In this document: positions 1-7,914 of the stretch, one piece after another
How positions within the stretch are numbered: the first letter of the stretch is position 1
Layout of the letters: every line of letters starts with the position of its first letter
Source of the DNA: Alphaproteobacteria bacterium
GTDB lineage: Bacteria; Pseudomonadota; Alphaproteobacteria; MPNO01; UBA830
NCBI GenBank assembly: GCA_965243135.1
Contig: OZ251539.1
Span: 576,001 to 640,000, forward strand
Reading direction: 5' to 3'
DNA: 64,000 nt
Made by a program: the position numbers and the translations under genes
Notes under the pieces: model-generated
The model's database searches: none
What the model was told of the DNA's origin: nothing
Seen by the model: only the letters and a program-made list of their open reading frames with translations

Positions 1-42
1 CTCGAACGACCCGGCCGCCGCCTCCGCGACGCGCCCGGTCAC
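1..42 (-). CDS. Start of a gene running off the window (MTGRVAEAAAGSFE...), possibly a head/scaffold protein
   Basis: GTG at 42 overlaps the TGA (39-41) of the upstream gene. Only 14 codons are visible. Confidence 0.4.
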   Translation of the reverse strand, partial: MTGRVAEAAAGSFE

Positions 43-278
43 CGCGACCTCGCGGCGGCCTTCACCGCCCACATCGCGGCGCCCTCGACGCCGTCCTCCG
101 CCAGCGCCTTCAGCCGCGCGACCTCCCGTCCGCGTCCGCCCGGCGGCTCGGGGATCTCGCCGATCCGGTCGATCAGCTGCGCCGCGAGGCGCTTGATCCC
201 GTCGATCCTGCCGTCGCCCGACGGGTTGAAGTCGACCCCGACGCGGGCCTCGCCGCGCGTCCCGCCCGCGACGCTCAT
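39..278 (-). CDS. Small Acb2/Tad1-like hairpin protein (79 aa)
   Basis: MSVAGGTRGEARVGVDFNPSGD...REVARLKALAEDGVEGAAMWAVKAAA matches the R..ALA.T.xEEAxMWAxKA pattern. ATG overlaps the upstream stop. Confidence 0.6.
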   Translation of the reverse strand: MSVAGGTRGEARVGVDFNPSGDGRIDGIKRLAAQLIDRIGEIPEPPGGRGREVARLKALAEDGVEGAAMWAVKAAARSR

Positions 279-733
279 TCCGGCGGCTCCTTCGGCGGCC
301 CTTCCGGCCGCGCCGCCTCCCAGGCGGCGTCGCGCTCGGCCGCGGTCACGTCCGGCAGCCCCGCCGCCGCGCCCAGCGCGTCCGGCGTCGGCTTGCCGCC
401 CCGCGTCCAGGCGTCCTCGTCGTCCGCGTCGAGCGTCGGGACCGCGTCGCGCAGCAGCCCCGCGCGGTCCACCGCCGCCTGCGGCGGCGGCGCGTCCTCG
501 GCGTAGACGTCGACCGCGCGGTCCGGGAAGATCCGGTACTTCCGCCCGCCGATCGTCGTCACGCCGACGTACAGGGGGTTGCCGTCGTTCGGCCGAAAGA
601 CGGCGCTCAGCACGCAGTCGGCGGGCTTCCCGTAGCCGAGCTTCCGCTCGGCCTCCGTGGGTTCCAGGTTCAGGATCTTCGCGATCGCCGCGCGGGTCGG
701 CATCTTCTCGAGGACATTCTTCGGTATCGACAT
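275..733 (-). CDS. Phage protein with HI1506/Mu gp35-like C-terminal domain
   Basis: C-terminus LDADDEDAWTRGGKPTPDALGAAAGLPDVTAAERDAAW. GGAGG RBS upstream. Confidence 0.6.
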   Translation of the reverse strand: MSIPKNVLEKMPTRAAIAKILNLEPTEAERKLGYGKPADCVLSAVFRPNDGNPLYVGVTTIGGRKYRIFPDRAVDVYAEDAPPPQAAVDRAGLLRDAVPTLDADDEDAWTRGGKPTPDALGAAAGLPDVTAAERDAAWEAARPEGPPKEPPE

Positions 734-782
734 TCGGGCCTCCGTGCGAATCGGACATGTTTCGCACGGAAGGGCGGCGGCG

Positions 783-808
783 GTTCAGGGGAGAAATATC
801 CCCTGAAC
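783..808 (-). promoter_or_regulatory. Perfect 10-bp dyad GTTCAGGGGA-N6-TCCCCTGAAC, putative late-activator site
   Basis: Lies upstream of the leftward operon and resembles the dyad at 17051-17075. A second inverted repeat (CCGTGCGAA...TTCGCACGG, about 742-769) overlaps the RBS. Confidence 0.55.
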
Positions 809-940
809 GAAGGCCCCGGAAACGCGCTATTCAGGCGACGCGGAATCCCGAGAGGGGCGGCGCGAAGGGTCAGGGCTGGGCGCGGCGGAAGCCGGGGGAG
901 CCGCGCCGCGAAGCAACGCCCCGGCGGCCCGCCGCCCCGC

Positions 941-974
941 ACAAGAAGAAGGCCCCGCCGGCGGCGGGGCCTTC
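941..974 (-). terminator. Intrinsic terminator after the repressor-side operon
   Basis: 13-bp inverted repeat GAAGGCCCCGCCG/CGGCGGGGCCTTC (948-974), followed by TTCTTGT on the minus strand, just after the ORF ending at 989. Confidence 0.7.
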
Positions 975-988
975 GCCCGTCCGGACGG

Positions 989-1183
989 TCAGGCGGCGAG
1001 CAACCCCAACACCGTCAGCGCGATCACCGCCCAGAAGAAAAACGACAGCGTCCCCGACGCTACGTCGGCGCACACGCCGAGCCACGCCTCCGGCTTCTCC
1101 GGCCCGGGCGCGCCGCAATGGGGGCACGCCTTCGCCGAGCGGGCGACCGGGCCGGAGCACTCGCGGCAATCGACCAGCGTCAT
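989..1183 (-). CDS. Zinc-ribbon membrane protein
   Basis: CxxC-x10-CPHCG and a C-terminal hydrophobic helix. ATG overlaps the upstream stop. Confidence 0.7.
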   Translation of the reverse strand: MTLVDCRECSGPVARSAKACPHCGAPGPEKPEAWLGVCADVASGTLSFFFWAVIALTVLGLLAA

Positions 1184-1371
1184 TTCCCCTCTCCCCGCCT
1201 GTCCGCGTCCAGGATCGCGGGCATGACCGAATCCGCGACGACGCCCGCGGCCGCTGACAGGTCGGCCACGCACTCGTTGCGGTAGACCGGAACCTGGCGG
1301 CCGGTGACGCGGGCCGTGACCCGCCAGCCGCCCGATTCCCTCGCCCGGATGTTGATCGTGTAGTCGGGCAT
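1180..1371 (-). CDS. Small hypothetical protein (MPDYTINIRARESGGW...)
   Basis: Purine-rich RBS, natural composition, coupled to the next ORF. Confidence 0.55.
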   Translation of the reverse strand: MPDYTINIRARESGGWRVTARVTGRQVPVYRNECVADLSAAAGVVADSVMPAILDADRRGEGK

Positions 1372-1448
1372 TTCCTTCTCCCCTTCGCGTATACAGTATA
1401 TATGCGCGGCGTGCGCGCGGCGCAAGGGGCCGGGGGAGAAATTTTCGG

Positions 1449-2096
1449 CTATTCGATGCCGCCAGTCGGGCCGAACGTCCTCATCGCCCAACGAATTTCG
1501 CCCAGGATGCGGGTGCTTTCGGGCCAGTCCCATTCGGCAGTGTCGGCGACATACTGACGCCACTCGCCCGTCGGCGAGCGTCTTGCCCGCGCCACTTCTA
1601 TGCCTCGGTCGGCGCAGAACAGATACAGACGTCCGGCGCGGCGGGTGCGGCCCTGGGCGCTCAAGTCGATCAATAGCCAGCACGGGCCGATCAGGTCGGG
1701 GGTCCAAGCCCCGTCGTATCTGACGACAGCGCACCGCGACGGGCTGAGTTGTTGCGTCAACATCCAGTCGCGACCGAAATACTGATAGCCGGTCACGGGA
1801 GCGTCCTTTATCTCCACGTTGTTGACCCCGATTGGCACGGTGACCGCGTGGACCGGCACCCTGTGCACAGCGTGCATTTCGCCGTCGTCCGGCCGACCCA
1901 CCCCGTTCACGAGCCAAACATCGCTGACCCGGAACGCTTGCGCGTAGCGTTCGGCCACCGCCAGCCGAATGCCCCTGGAGCCGTTTTCGTGGCCGCAATA
2001 GGTCCCGACCGGCCAGCCGAACCCCTCCGCAGCTGCGGCGGCGCTCCCGAACCCGGCTCTGATTCGCGCCGACTTGAGTCGTTCGTGAATGGTCAT
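1449..2096 (-). CDS. Phage repressor (XRE HTH + S24-like C-terminal domain)
   Basis: ERLKSARIRAGF...TYCGHENGSR...VSDVWLVNG HTH. C-terminal RILGEIRW. Divergent from a Cro-like gene. Confidence 0.85.
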   Translation of the reverse strand: MTIHERLKSARIRAGFGSAAAAAEGFGWPVGTYCGHENGSRGIRLAVAERYAQAFRVSDVWLVNGVGRPDDGEMHAVHRVPVHAVTVPIGVNNVEIKDAPVTGYQYFGRDWMLTQQLSPSRCAVVRYDGAWTPDLIGPCWLLIDLSAQGRTRRAGRLYLFCADRGIEVARARRSPTGEWRQYVADTAEWDWPESTRILGEIRWAMRTFGPTGGIE

Positions 2097-2169
2097 GCGC
2101 TATGCATAATGAAAAAATCTATGCAAAACGCATTGACTGGGTCTTTTTCTTCGTCTATGCAAAACGCAT
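2095..2169. promoter_or_regulatory. Lysis-lysogeny switch: three ATGC-N5-GCAT operators and a rightward promoter
   Basis: Operators at 2095-2107, 2121-2133 and 2157-2169. TTGACT (2133-2138)-17 bp-TATGCA (2156-2161). Confidence 0.75.
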
Positions 2170-2359
2170 GGACAAGCAAAACCATGCGGCCGAATTCGCG
2201 GCGATCCGCAGAAATCTGGGCATGTCGCAGCAGCAGATGGGCGCCGAACTCGGAGTCCACCAGACCACGGTTATGCGATGGGAAAAAGGAATCCAGCCGA
2301 TTCGGCGCGTCTTCCTCATCGCCGCACGGAAACTGACGATCGATCGGGACGCCGCATGA
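2168..2359 (+). CDS. Cro/Ner-like HTH protein
   Basis: IRRNLGMSQQQMGAELGVHQTTVMRWEKG (HTH_3 pattern). Confidence 0.85.
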   Translation: MDKQNHAAEFAAIRRNLGMSQQQMGAELGVHQTTVMRWEKGIQPIRRVFLIAARKLTIDRDAA

Positions 2360-2691
2360 CGAGGCCGCGCCGCAAGACGGAGCGCGCCTTCGTCCGGGCG
2401 GCGAAGGAATCGGCGACCGGGCGTCCGGACGGCCTCGGCGGCCGGGCGGCGGTCCTGCGGGCGATCCGCGACCTGGCCGCCGAGAAGCGCCGCGGCTCGC
2501 TCACGGAGATCCGCTACCGCCTGACCGTGACGCTCGGCCGCGACGCGTCCCTCGACGCCGTCTGGCGGCAGCTGCAGGCCGCCGTGCGCGACGGCCATCT
2601 CGCCGAGAACAGGTACATGCTGTCGTCGCGCGGCGTCCTCTGCACATGGGAGCTGACGGACGCGGGCGCGGCGGCGTTGGAGGCGGCATGA
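2356..2691 (+). CDS. Winged-helix-like phage protein
   Basis: ATGA overlaps at both ends. Ends TWELTDAG. Confidence 0.6.
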   Translation: MTRPRRKTERAFVRAAKESATGRPDGLGGRAAVLRAIRDLAAEKRRGSLTEIRYRLTVTLGRDASLDAVWRQLQAAVRDGHLAENRYMLSSRGVLCTWELTDAGAAALEAA

Positions 2692-3572
2692 AGCTCCCCC
2701 GCTGGACCCCCGCCGAGGACGGCGCGATGCGCCGGATGTGGAGCGAAGGGCGGCCGATCGACGAGATCGCCGCCGCGGTCGGGCGCACCTATCACGCGGT
2801 GGTCGAGCGGCGGAAGAGGCTCGGCCTGCCCGGGCGGCCGGGCGGCGGGCGGCCCCGCGACGGGGCGCGCGACGACGAGTTGCGGCGGCTGTGGAGCGAG
2901 GGCGCGACGACCATCGAGGCCGCGGCGGCGCTGGGCATGTCGAAGACCGGGGTCGACGGCTGGCGCAGGGCGCTCGGCCTGCCGGCGCGCCAGAAGGGGA
3001 ACCGCACGGTGCCCGAAGAGCGCGACGACGAGTTGCGGCGGCTGTGGAGCGAGGGCCGGACGTCGGCCGAGATAGGGCGGGCGCTGGGGCTGTCGGCCGA
3101 CGGCGTGCGTTCGCGCCGGGTGCTGCTCGGCCTGCCGGCGCGGCCGCGAGGCCGCCCGGGCCCCCGCGACAGGGTGCGCGACGACGAGTTGCGGCGGCTG
3201 TGGAGCGAGGGCGCGACGACCATCGAGGCCGCGGCGGCGCTGGGCGTGTCGAGGAGCGCGGTCGACGGCCGGCGCAGGGCGCTCGGCCTGCCGGCGCGGC
3301 GGAGGACGGGCCGCCCGCGGGCGGCCGCGCCGGCGGCCCCGGGCGCCGCCCCGCCGCCGGCCCCGGTCGGCGAACCCGCGGCCTTCGCCCCGCGCTGGCC
3401 GTCGGGGCTGACGATCCGCGACGTCCCGGGGCCGCCGCCGGCGACCTGCCAGTGGATCGACGGCGACCCGCGCCGCCGGGGCTTCTGCGGCGCGCCCGTC
3501 GCCGGACGCGACAGGCCGGCGCCGTACTGCGAAGAGCACCTGGCGCGGGCCTACCGGCGGGGGACGGCCTGA
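2688..3572 (+). CDS. GcrA-like regulator with four tandem HTH repeats
   Basis: WTPAED..MRRMWSEG and 3x RDDELRRLWSEG repeats. C-terminal TCQWIDGDP..FCGAPV...PYCEEH GcrA motif. Confidence 0.8.
   Translation: MKLPRWTPAEDGAMRRMWSEGRPIDEIAAAVGRTYHAVVERRKRLGLPGRPGGGRPRDGARDDELRRLWSEGATTIEAAAALGMSKTGVDGWRRALGLPARQKGNRTVPEERDDELRRLWSEGRTSAEIGRALGLSADGVRSRRVLLGLPARPRGRPGPRDRVRDDELRRLWSEGATTIEAAAALGVSRSAVDGRRRALGLPARRRTGRPRAAAPAAPGAAPPPAPVGEPAAFAPRWPSGLTIRDVPGPPPATCQWIDGDPRRRGFCGAPVAGRDRPAPYCEEHLARAYRRGTA
2868..3300 (+). repeat. Intragenic tandem repeat with a period of about 153-156 bp
   Basis: CGCGACGACGAGTTGCGGCGGCTGTGGAGCGAGGGC at 2868, 3021 and 3177. Confidence 0.9.
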
Positions 3573-3811
3573 TGCACAGCGCCTCCGTGGAGCGGTCGCC
3601 GCGGCTGCAGCGGGTGCTCGCCGTCCTGGAGGACGGGCGGGAGCATTCGACCAGGGACATCGTGCGGGACGCGGACGTGTGCGCGGTGAACGCCTGCGTC
3701 GCGGAGCTGCGCGACAACGGCTACTGGGTCGAGTGCCGCCAGGAGCGCGGCCCGCTCGGCCGCGTGTGGTGGTACCGGCTGGTCTCTTCGCCCCAGGGAG
3801 GCGCCGCGTGA
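3572..3811 (+). CDS. HTH protein of Mu-like phages
   Basis: SPRLQRVLAVLEDGREHSTRDIV...AVNACVAELR. Confidence 0.7.
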   Translation: MHSASVERSPRLQRVLAVLEDGREHSTRDIVRDADVCAVNACVAELRDNGYWVECRQERGPLGRVWWYRLVSSPQGGAA

Positions 3812-4485
3812 CGGCCGCGCCGAACCCCGCCGGCGGCGACGCCGGCATGGAGGCGTGGGCGGTCCGCGGCGCGGCGCTGACGAAAGCGCGTGCCGATTCG
3901 CGCTGGGATCTGGCATATTGGTGCGGCGAGGGGTTCGACCGGTGGGGATTGAGCGCCCGCGAAACGGCCGCGAAAATCGGGATTTCGCCCGAGAAATTTT
4001 CCAACTATCTAGCCGTTTCAAGGGCGTACAGGAATTTCGCGCCGCGAAAATCGGTTGATTTCACCCACCATCTCGAGGCCGCGCGCCTCGAAGAGGCGGA
4101 CCGCGAGCGGATCCTCGACGCCGCGGAAGCCGGCGCCTGGACCCGCGACCAGACCCGCGCGGCGGTCCGGGAGGCGTCGACCGAGCGCCGCCTCCGGCGC
4201 CGGATCGCCGACCTCGAGGAGGCGCTCTCCCGCAGCGAGGCCGCCGGCGAGCTGGTCCGGCTCGAACAGACGGCCGACGATTCGATGCGCTCGGTCGAAC
4301 GCGCCTGGCGCGACGTCGAGGACGCCGCGCAGGCGTTCTTCAAGGCCGGCGGCCCGGTGGACTCCCTCCACGGCAACGCCGCCCGGACGGCGCGGAAGCG
4401 CGTCCGCGGCCGCATCGAGAGGCGCGTGGCGCGGGCCAACGCGATCGCCGCGCGGGTCGACGCGCTGCTCGGGGACGACCGATGA
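3808..4485 (+). CDS. LmbU-like DNA-binding protein
   Basis: RWDLAYW.GEG...NYLAVSR...DFTHHLEAARL...AWTRDQTR pattern. Coupled to the transposase gene. Confidence 0.55.
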   Translation: MTAAPNPAGGDAGMEAWAVRGAALTKARADSRWDLAYWCGEGFDRWGLSARETAAKIGISPEKFSNYLAVSRAYRNFAPRKSVDFTHHLEAARLEEADRERILDAAEAGAWTRDQTRAAVREASTERRLRRRIADLEEALSRSEAAGELVRLEQTADDSMRSVERAWRDVEDAAQAFFKAGGPVDSLHGNAARTARKRVRGRIERRVARANAIAARVDALLGDDR

Positions 4486-6149
4486 CGTTCGCGGTCCGTT
4501 TCGGAGGCGCGGCGCCGTCCGAAAGCCTCGCGTGGGACGCCGCGACGGACCGTCAGCGCGAGGCGGCGCGGACGCGGCTGTCGGCCGCCCGGCGCTCCGA
4601 CGAGCTGGCCGCCTCCGGGACGCCCCGCGCGCTCGCCGACGCGGCGGCGGCCCGCGAGATCGCGTCTTCGGCGTCCTCGGTGGCCGCGTGGCGTCGGCGG
4701 ATCCGCGGCCTGCCGCCCGAATCGCAGGCGGCCGCGCTGCTCGACGCGCCGAAGAGCGGGCGGCCCGGCCCGCCGCCGGAGGCCGTGGAGCTGATGGCGG
4801 CGCTGGCCCTGGAGCACGGCCGCCACGTCACCGCGGAGCACGTCCGCCGGGCGATGCGCGTGCGCGGCCTCGCCGTCCCCTCGGCGCGCACCGCGGCGCG
4901 CTGGCTCGGCCGCTGGCGCATGGAGAACGCCCGCGCGATCTCCGCCGTCGAGCACCCCGACCGCCACCGCTCCCTGCGCAAGCCGGCGGCCGGCGACGCG
5001 GCCGCCGTCGTGACGGCGCTGAACGGGCTGTGGGAACTGGACTCCACCCCCGCCGACGTGATGTGCGACCCCGGCGGCCGCCAGGCGGTGGTGGCCGCCG
5101 TCGACGTCTGGTCCAGGCGGGCCAAGGTGCTGGTGGCGCCGGTGTCGCGGTCGGCGGCGATCGCCGCGCTCTTGCGGCGCTGCGTCCTCGACTGGGGCGT
5201 GCCGGCGTGCGCGCGGACCGACGAGGGCGCCGACTACACGTCGAGGCACCTCGCGGAGGTCCTGCGCGACCTCGGCGTCGCGCACGACCGCTGCCCGCCG
5301 TACGCGCCCGAGTCGAAGCCCTTCGTCGAGCGCTTCATCGGCACGTTGAGCCGCGATTTATTCGCGTTCTTGCCCGGTTTCACGGGCCATTCCGTCGCCG
5401 ACGCGCAGGCGATCCGCAACCGGAAGTCGTTCGCCGCCCGCATGGGCGGCGCCGACCCGTGGGGCGTGTCGCTGTCGCCCGAGGACCTCCAGCGGCGCTG
5501 CGACGCCTGGACCGATTCGGTCTACGGGCGGCGGCCGCATTCCGGCCTCGACGGCGATTCGCCGTGGGCGCGGGCCAACGCCTGGACGCGGCCGGTCCGC
5601 CGCGTCCGCGACGAGCGGGCGCTGGACGTCCTCCTGGGCGACGGCGACGCGCGGACGGTGGGCAAGAAGGGGCTGCGGATCGACGGCGGCCTCTACGTCG
5701 CCGCCGAGCTCGGCGACCTGGTCGGCGAGAAGGTGCGGTTCCGCCGCGACCCCGCCGACCTCGGGCGCGTCCTGGTCTACCGCGGCGCGGCGTTCCTGTG
5801 CGTCGCCGAGGACCCGGCGCGGACCGGGGTCGACCGCGCCGCGATCGCCGCCCGGATGAAGGCGCGGGCGCGCGAGGCCGACCGCGAGGCGCGCGGCTGG
5901 GCGCGGGACCTCAAGAAGCGGATCTCTCCGGAGACGGTGATGGACGAGGCGCTCGAGGCGGCGGACGCCGAGGCCGGGCGCGTGGTCGACCTGCCGCGCC
6001 GGGACGAGGCCTGCGAGACGCCGGCGCTGCGCGAGGCGGCGCGGGCGGCCGCCCGTTCGGCGGAGGTGAAGAGCCTGCCGCCGCCGAAGGCGAGGCGCGT
6101 CGTCGACGCGCTGAAGGAGCTTCAGCGAAGGGAGGAGCATAATGGCTGA
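4482..6149 (+). CDS. Mu-like DDE transposase (MuA)
   Basis: WELDSTPAD, VDVWSRR, RTDEGADY, KPFVERFIGT, followed by a Mu transposase C-terminal region. Confidence 0.92.
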   Translation: MTFAVRFGGAAPSESLAWDAATDRQREAARTRLSAARRSDELAASGTPRALADAAAAREIASSASSVAAWRRRIRGLPPESQAAALLDAPKSGRPGPPPEAVELMAALALEHGRHVTAEHVRRAMRVRGLAVPSARTAARWLGRWRMENARAISAVEHPDRHRSLRKPAAGDAAAVVTALNGLWELDSTPADVMCDPGGRQAVVAAVDVWSRRAKVLVAPVSRSAAIAALLRRCVLDWGVPACARTDEGADYTSRHLAEVLRDLGVAHDRCPPYAPESKPFVERFIGTLSRDLFAFLPGFTGHSVADAQAIRNRKSFAARMGGADPWGVSLSPEDLQRRCDAWTDSVYGRRPHSGLDGDSPWARANAWTRPVRRVRDERALDVLLGDGDARTVGKKGLRIDGGLYVAAELGDLVGEKVRFRRDPADLGRVLVYRGAAFLCVAEDPARTGVDRAAIAARMKARAREADREARGWARDLKKRISPETVMDEALEAADAEAGRVVDLPRRDEACETPALREAARAAARSAEVKSLPPPKARRVVDALKELQRREEHNG

Positions 6150-7077
6150 AATCCACTCACTGGCCCCGGAAGGCGGGGCGCTCGCCGAGCGCTGCCGCGC
6201 CGAGATGGAGGCGGCGGGACTGTCCGCCGCCCGCGCCGCCCGCGAGGTCGGCGTCTCTTCGGCGACGCTGTCGACCTGGCTGCGCGGCGCCTACAAGGGC
6301 GATTCCGCGAACGTCGCCCGGCGCGTCGAGGCGTGGATCGAGACCCGCCGCGAGGCGGCGCGGCGCTCCCTGGCGCCGGCCGGCCTCGACCGCCACGTCG
6401 ACCTCGGCGTGACCGGCGACGTGGAGGCGGCGCTGGGCCACGCGCAGGCGACCGGCGACATCGCGCTGGTCCACGGGCGCCCGGGCGCGGGCAAGACGTG
6501 GGCGGCCCGGCGGTACTGCGCGTCGCGCGCCGGCACCGCCTACGTCGCCGTCACCGGGGCCACCACCAGCCTCGCCGGGATGCTGTTCCGCGTCGCGGAG
6601 GCCGCCGGCGCCGGCGGCCAGCACCCGTCGGCCCTCGCGGCCGAGACCGCGATCGTGGCGCGGCTGGAGGGCCGGACCGCGCTGCTCGTGGTCGACGAGG
6701 CGCACCACCTGAACGCGCGGCAGCTCGACGAGCTGCGCTGCCTGCGCGACCTCGCCGGATGCGGCCTCGGCCTGCTGGGCGACGATTCGATCCGCCAGAC
6801 GCTGGCGCGCTGCCCGCAGGTGACGGGGCGGACCGGCGTCCGGGTGGCGCTGGGCGCCGCCCCGGAGGCCGACGTGGCGGCGCTGGCGCAGTCCGTCCTC
6901 GGCCGCCGGCCGGCGCGCGAGGAGCGCGCCGCGCTGATGGCGGCGGGGCGGGGTCCGGGCGGCCTCCACGCCCTGCGCCGGCTGCTGGCCGGCGCGTGGC
7001 TGATGGCGCGCGCCGACGGGCGCGGGGCGATCGCGGCCGGCGACCTCGCGGCCGCCGCCGAAAGCGAGGCGGCGTGA
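6142..7077 (+). CDS. MuB-like transposition ATPase (HTH + AAA)
   Basis: N-terminal HTH, Walker A GRPGAGKT, Walker B LLVVDEAHHL. Confidence 0.92.
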   Translation: MAEIHSLAPEGGALAERCRAEMEAAGLSAARAAREVGVSSATLSTWLRGAYKGDSANVARRVEAWIETRREAARRSLAPAGLDRHVDLGVTGDVEAALGHAQATGDIALVHGRPGAGKTWAARRYCASRAGTAYVAVTGATTSLAGMLFRVAEAAGAGGQHPSALAAETAIVARLEGRTALLVVDEAHHLNARQLDELRCLRDLAGCGLGLLGDDSIRQTLARCPQVTGRTGVRVALGAAPEADVAALAQSVLGRRPAREERAALMAAGRGPGGLHALRRLLAGAWLMARADGRGAIAAGDLAAAAESEAA

Positions 7078-7499
7078 AGCGCTGGTCTCCCGCGCAGGAC
7101 GAGATCCTGCGGCAGTCGCTGGCGGACGGCAAGACGTTCCGCCAGGCGGCGGCCCTGGCCGGGGCCTCCCGCAACGCCGCGATCGGCCGGGCGAACCGGC
7201 TCGGCTTCGTCCGCGCGGAGGGCGGCGACGCGGCCGGCTGGAGCGAGGCGGAGGACAACGCGGTGATGCGGGCCGGCCACCCGGCCGCGATCGGGCGCGA
7301 GATCGGGCGGACCTGCGGCGCGGTGATCGCCCGCCGGAAGGTCCTGCTGGCGGAGGGCCGGACCTACGGATCGAAGGCGAAGCTCCGCAAATGCCTGCGC
7401 TGCGGCGCGGAGATCGTTTCGCAGCACGCCGGCCACCGCATGTGCGACCAGTGCCGGCGGGTCGGCAGCGCGGCCGGCGACTACGCCTGCCACGCCTGA
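7074..7499 (+). CDS. GcrA-type HTH protein with C-terminal Zn ribbon
   Basis: WSPAQDEILR...SRNAAIGRANRLG and KCLRCG...HRMCDQC. Confidence 0.7.
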   Translation: MKRWSPAQDEILRQSLADGKTFRQAAALAGASRNAAIGRANRLGFVRAEGGDAAGWSEAEDNAVMRAGHPAAIGREIGRTCGAVIARRKVLLAEGRTYGSKAKLRKCLRCGAEIVSQHAGHRMCDQCRRVGSAAGDYACHA

Positions 7500-7516
7500 G
7501 GAGAGAGGAGACGAAC

Positions 7517-7735
7517 ATGACGAGACCCTTGACCACGACCGACCCGAAGGAGGCCCGGCGCATGTCGTCCGCCGCGGCCGCCGACCTCGCCGCGAGCCTG
7601 GAGCGCGGCGATTCGCCCGTCGCGCCGGGCAGATCCTGGTCCGAAGCGGTGTCCCTGCGGCACCCGGACGCGGACGCCGGCATCGACCGCGGCTACTGCG
7701 TGCAGCTCGCCGACGGCCTGTGGGTGGCGTCATGA
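7517..7735 (+). CDS. Hypothetical phage protein
   Basis: Strong GAGGAG RBS, coupled to the next ORF. Confidence 0.55.
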   Translation: MTRPLTTTDPKEARRMSSAAAADLAASLERGDSPVAPGRSWSEAVSLRHPDADAGIDRGYCVQLADGLWVAS

Positions 7736-7914
7736 AGAGGGCGGCGCGGAAGAAGCGCCTCGTCCGCCGCGGCGGCAAGGAGAAGGCGCGGAAGCGGGCG
7801 CTGGCGGCGAAGCGGCGGCCGCGGCCGGCGGGCGGGCAGGAGCGTCTCGTCCGCAACGCCACCGAGATCTGGACCCCGGAGGCGTTCGCGGACGCGGCGG
7901 AGGCGTGGCGATGA
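7732..7914 (+). CDS. Small basic hypothetical protein
   Basis: ATGA overlaps on both sides. Confidence 0.45.
   Translation: MKRAARKKRLVRRGGKEKARKRALAAKRRPRPAGGQERLVRNATEIWTPEAFADAAEAWR

Noticed and set aside
2868-3300. Regularly spaced 36-bp repeats resembling a CRISPR array or DGR template/variable repeats
   Set aside because: In-frame protein repeats with about 120-bp related spacers. No cas genes or reverse transcriptase.
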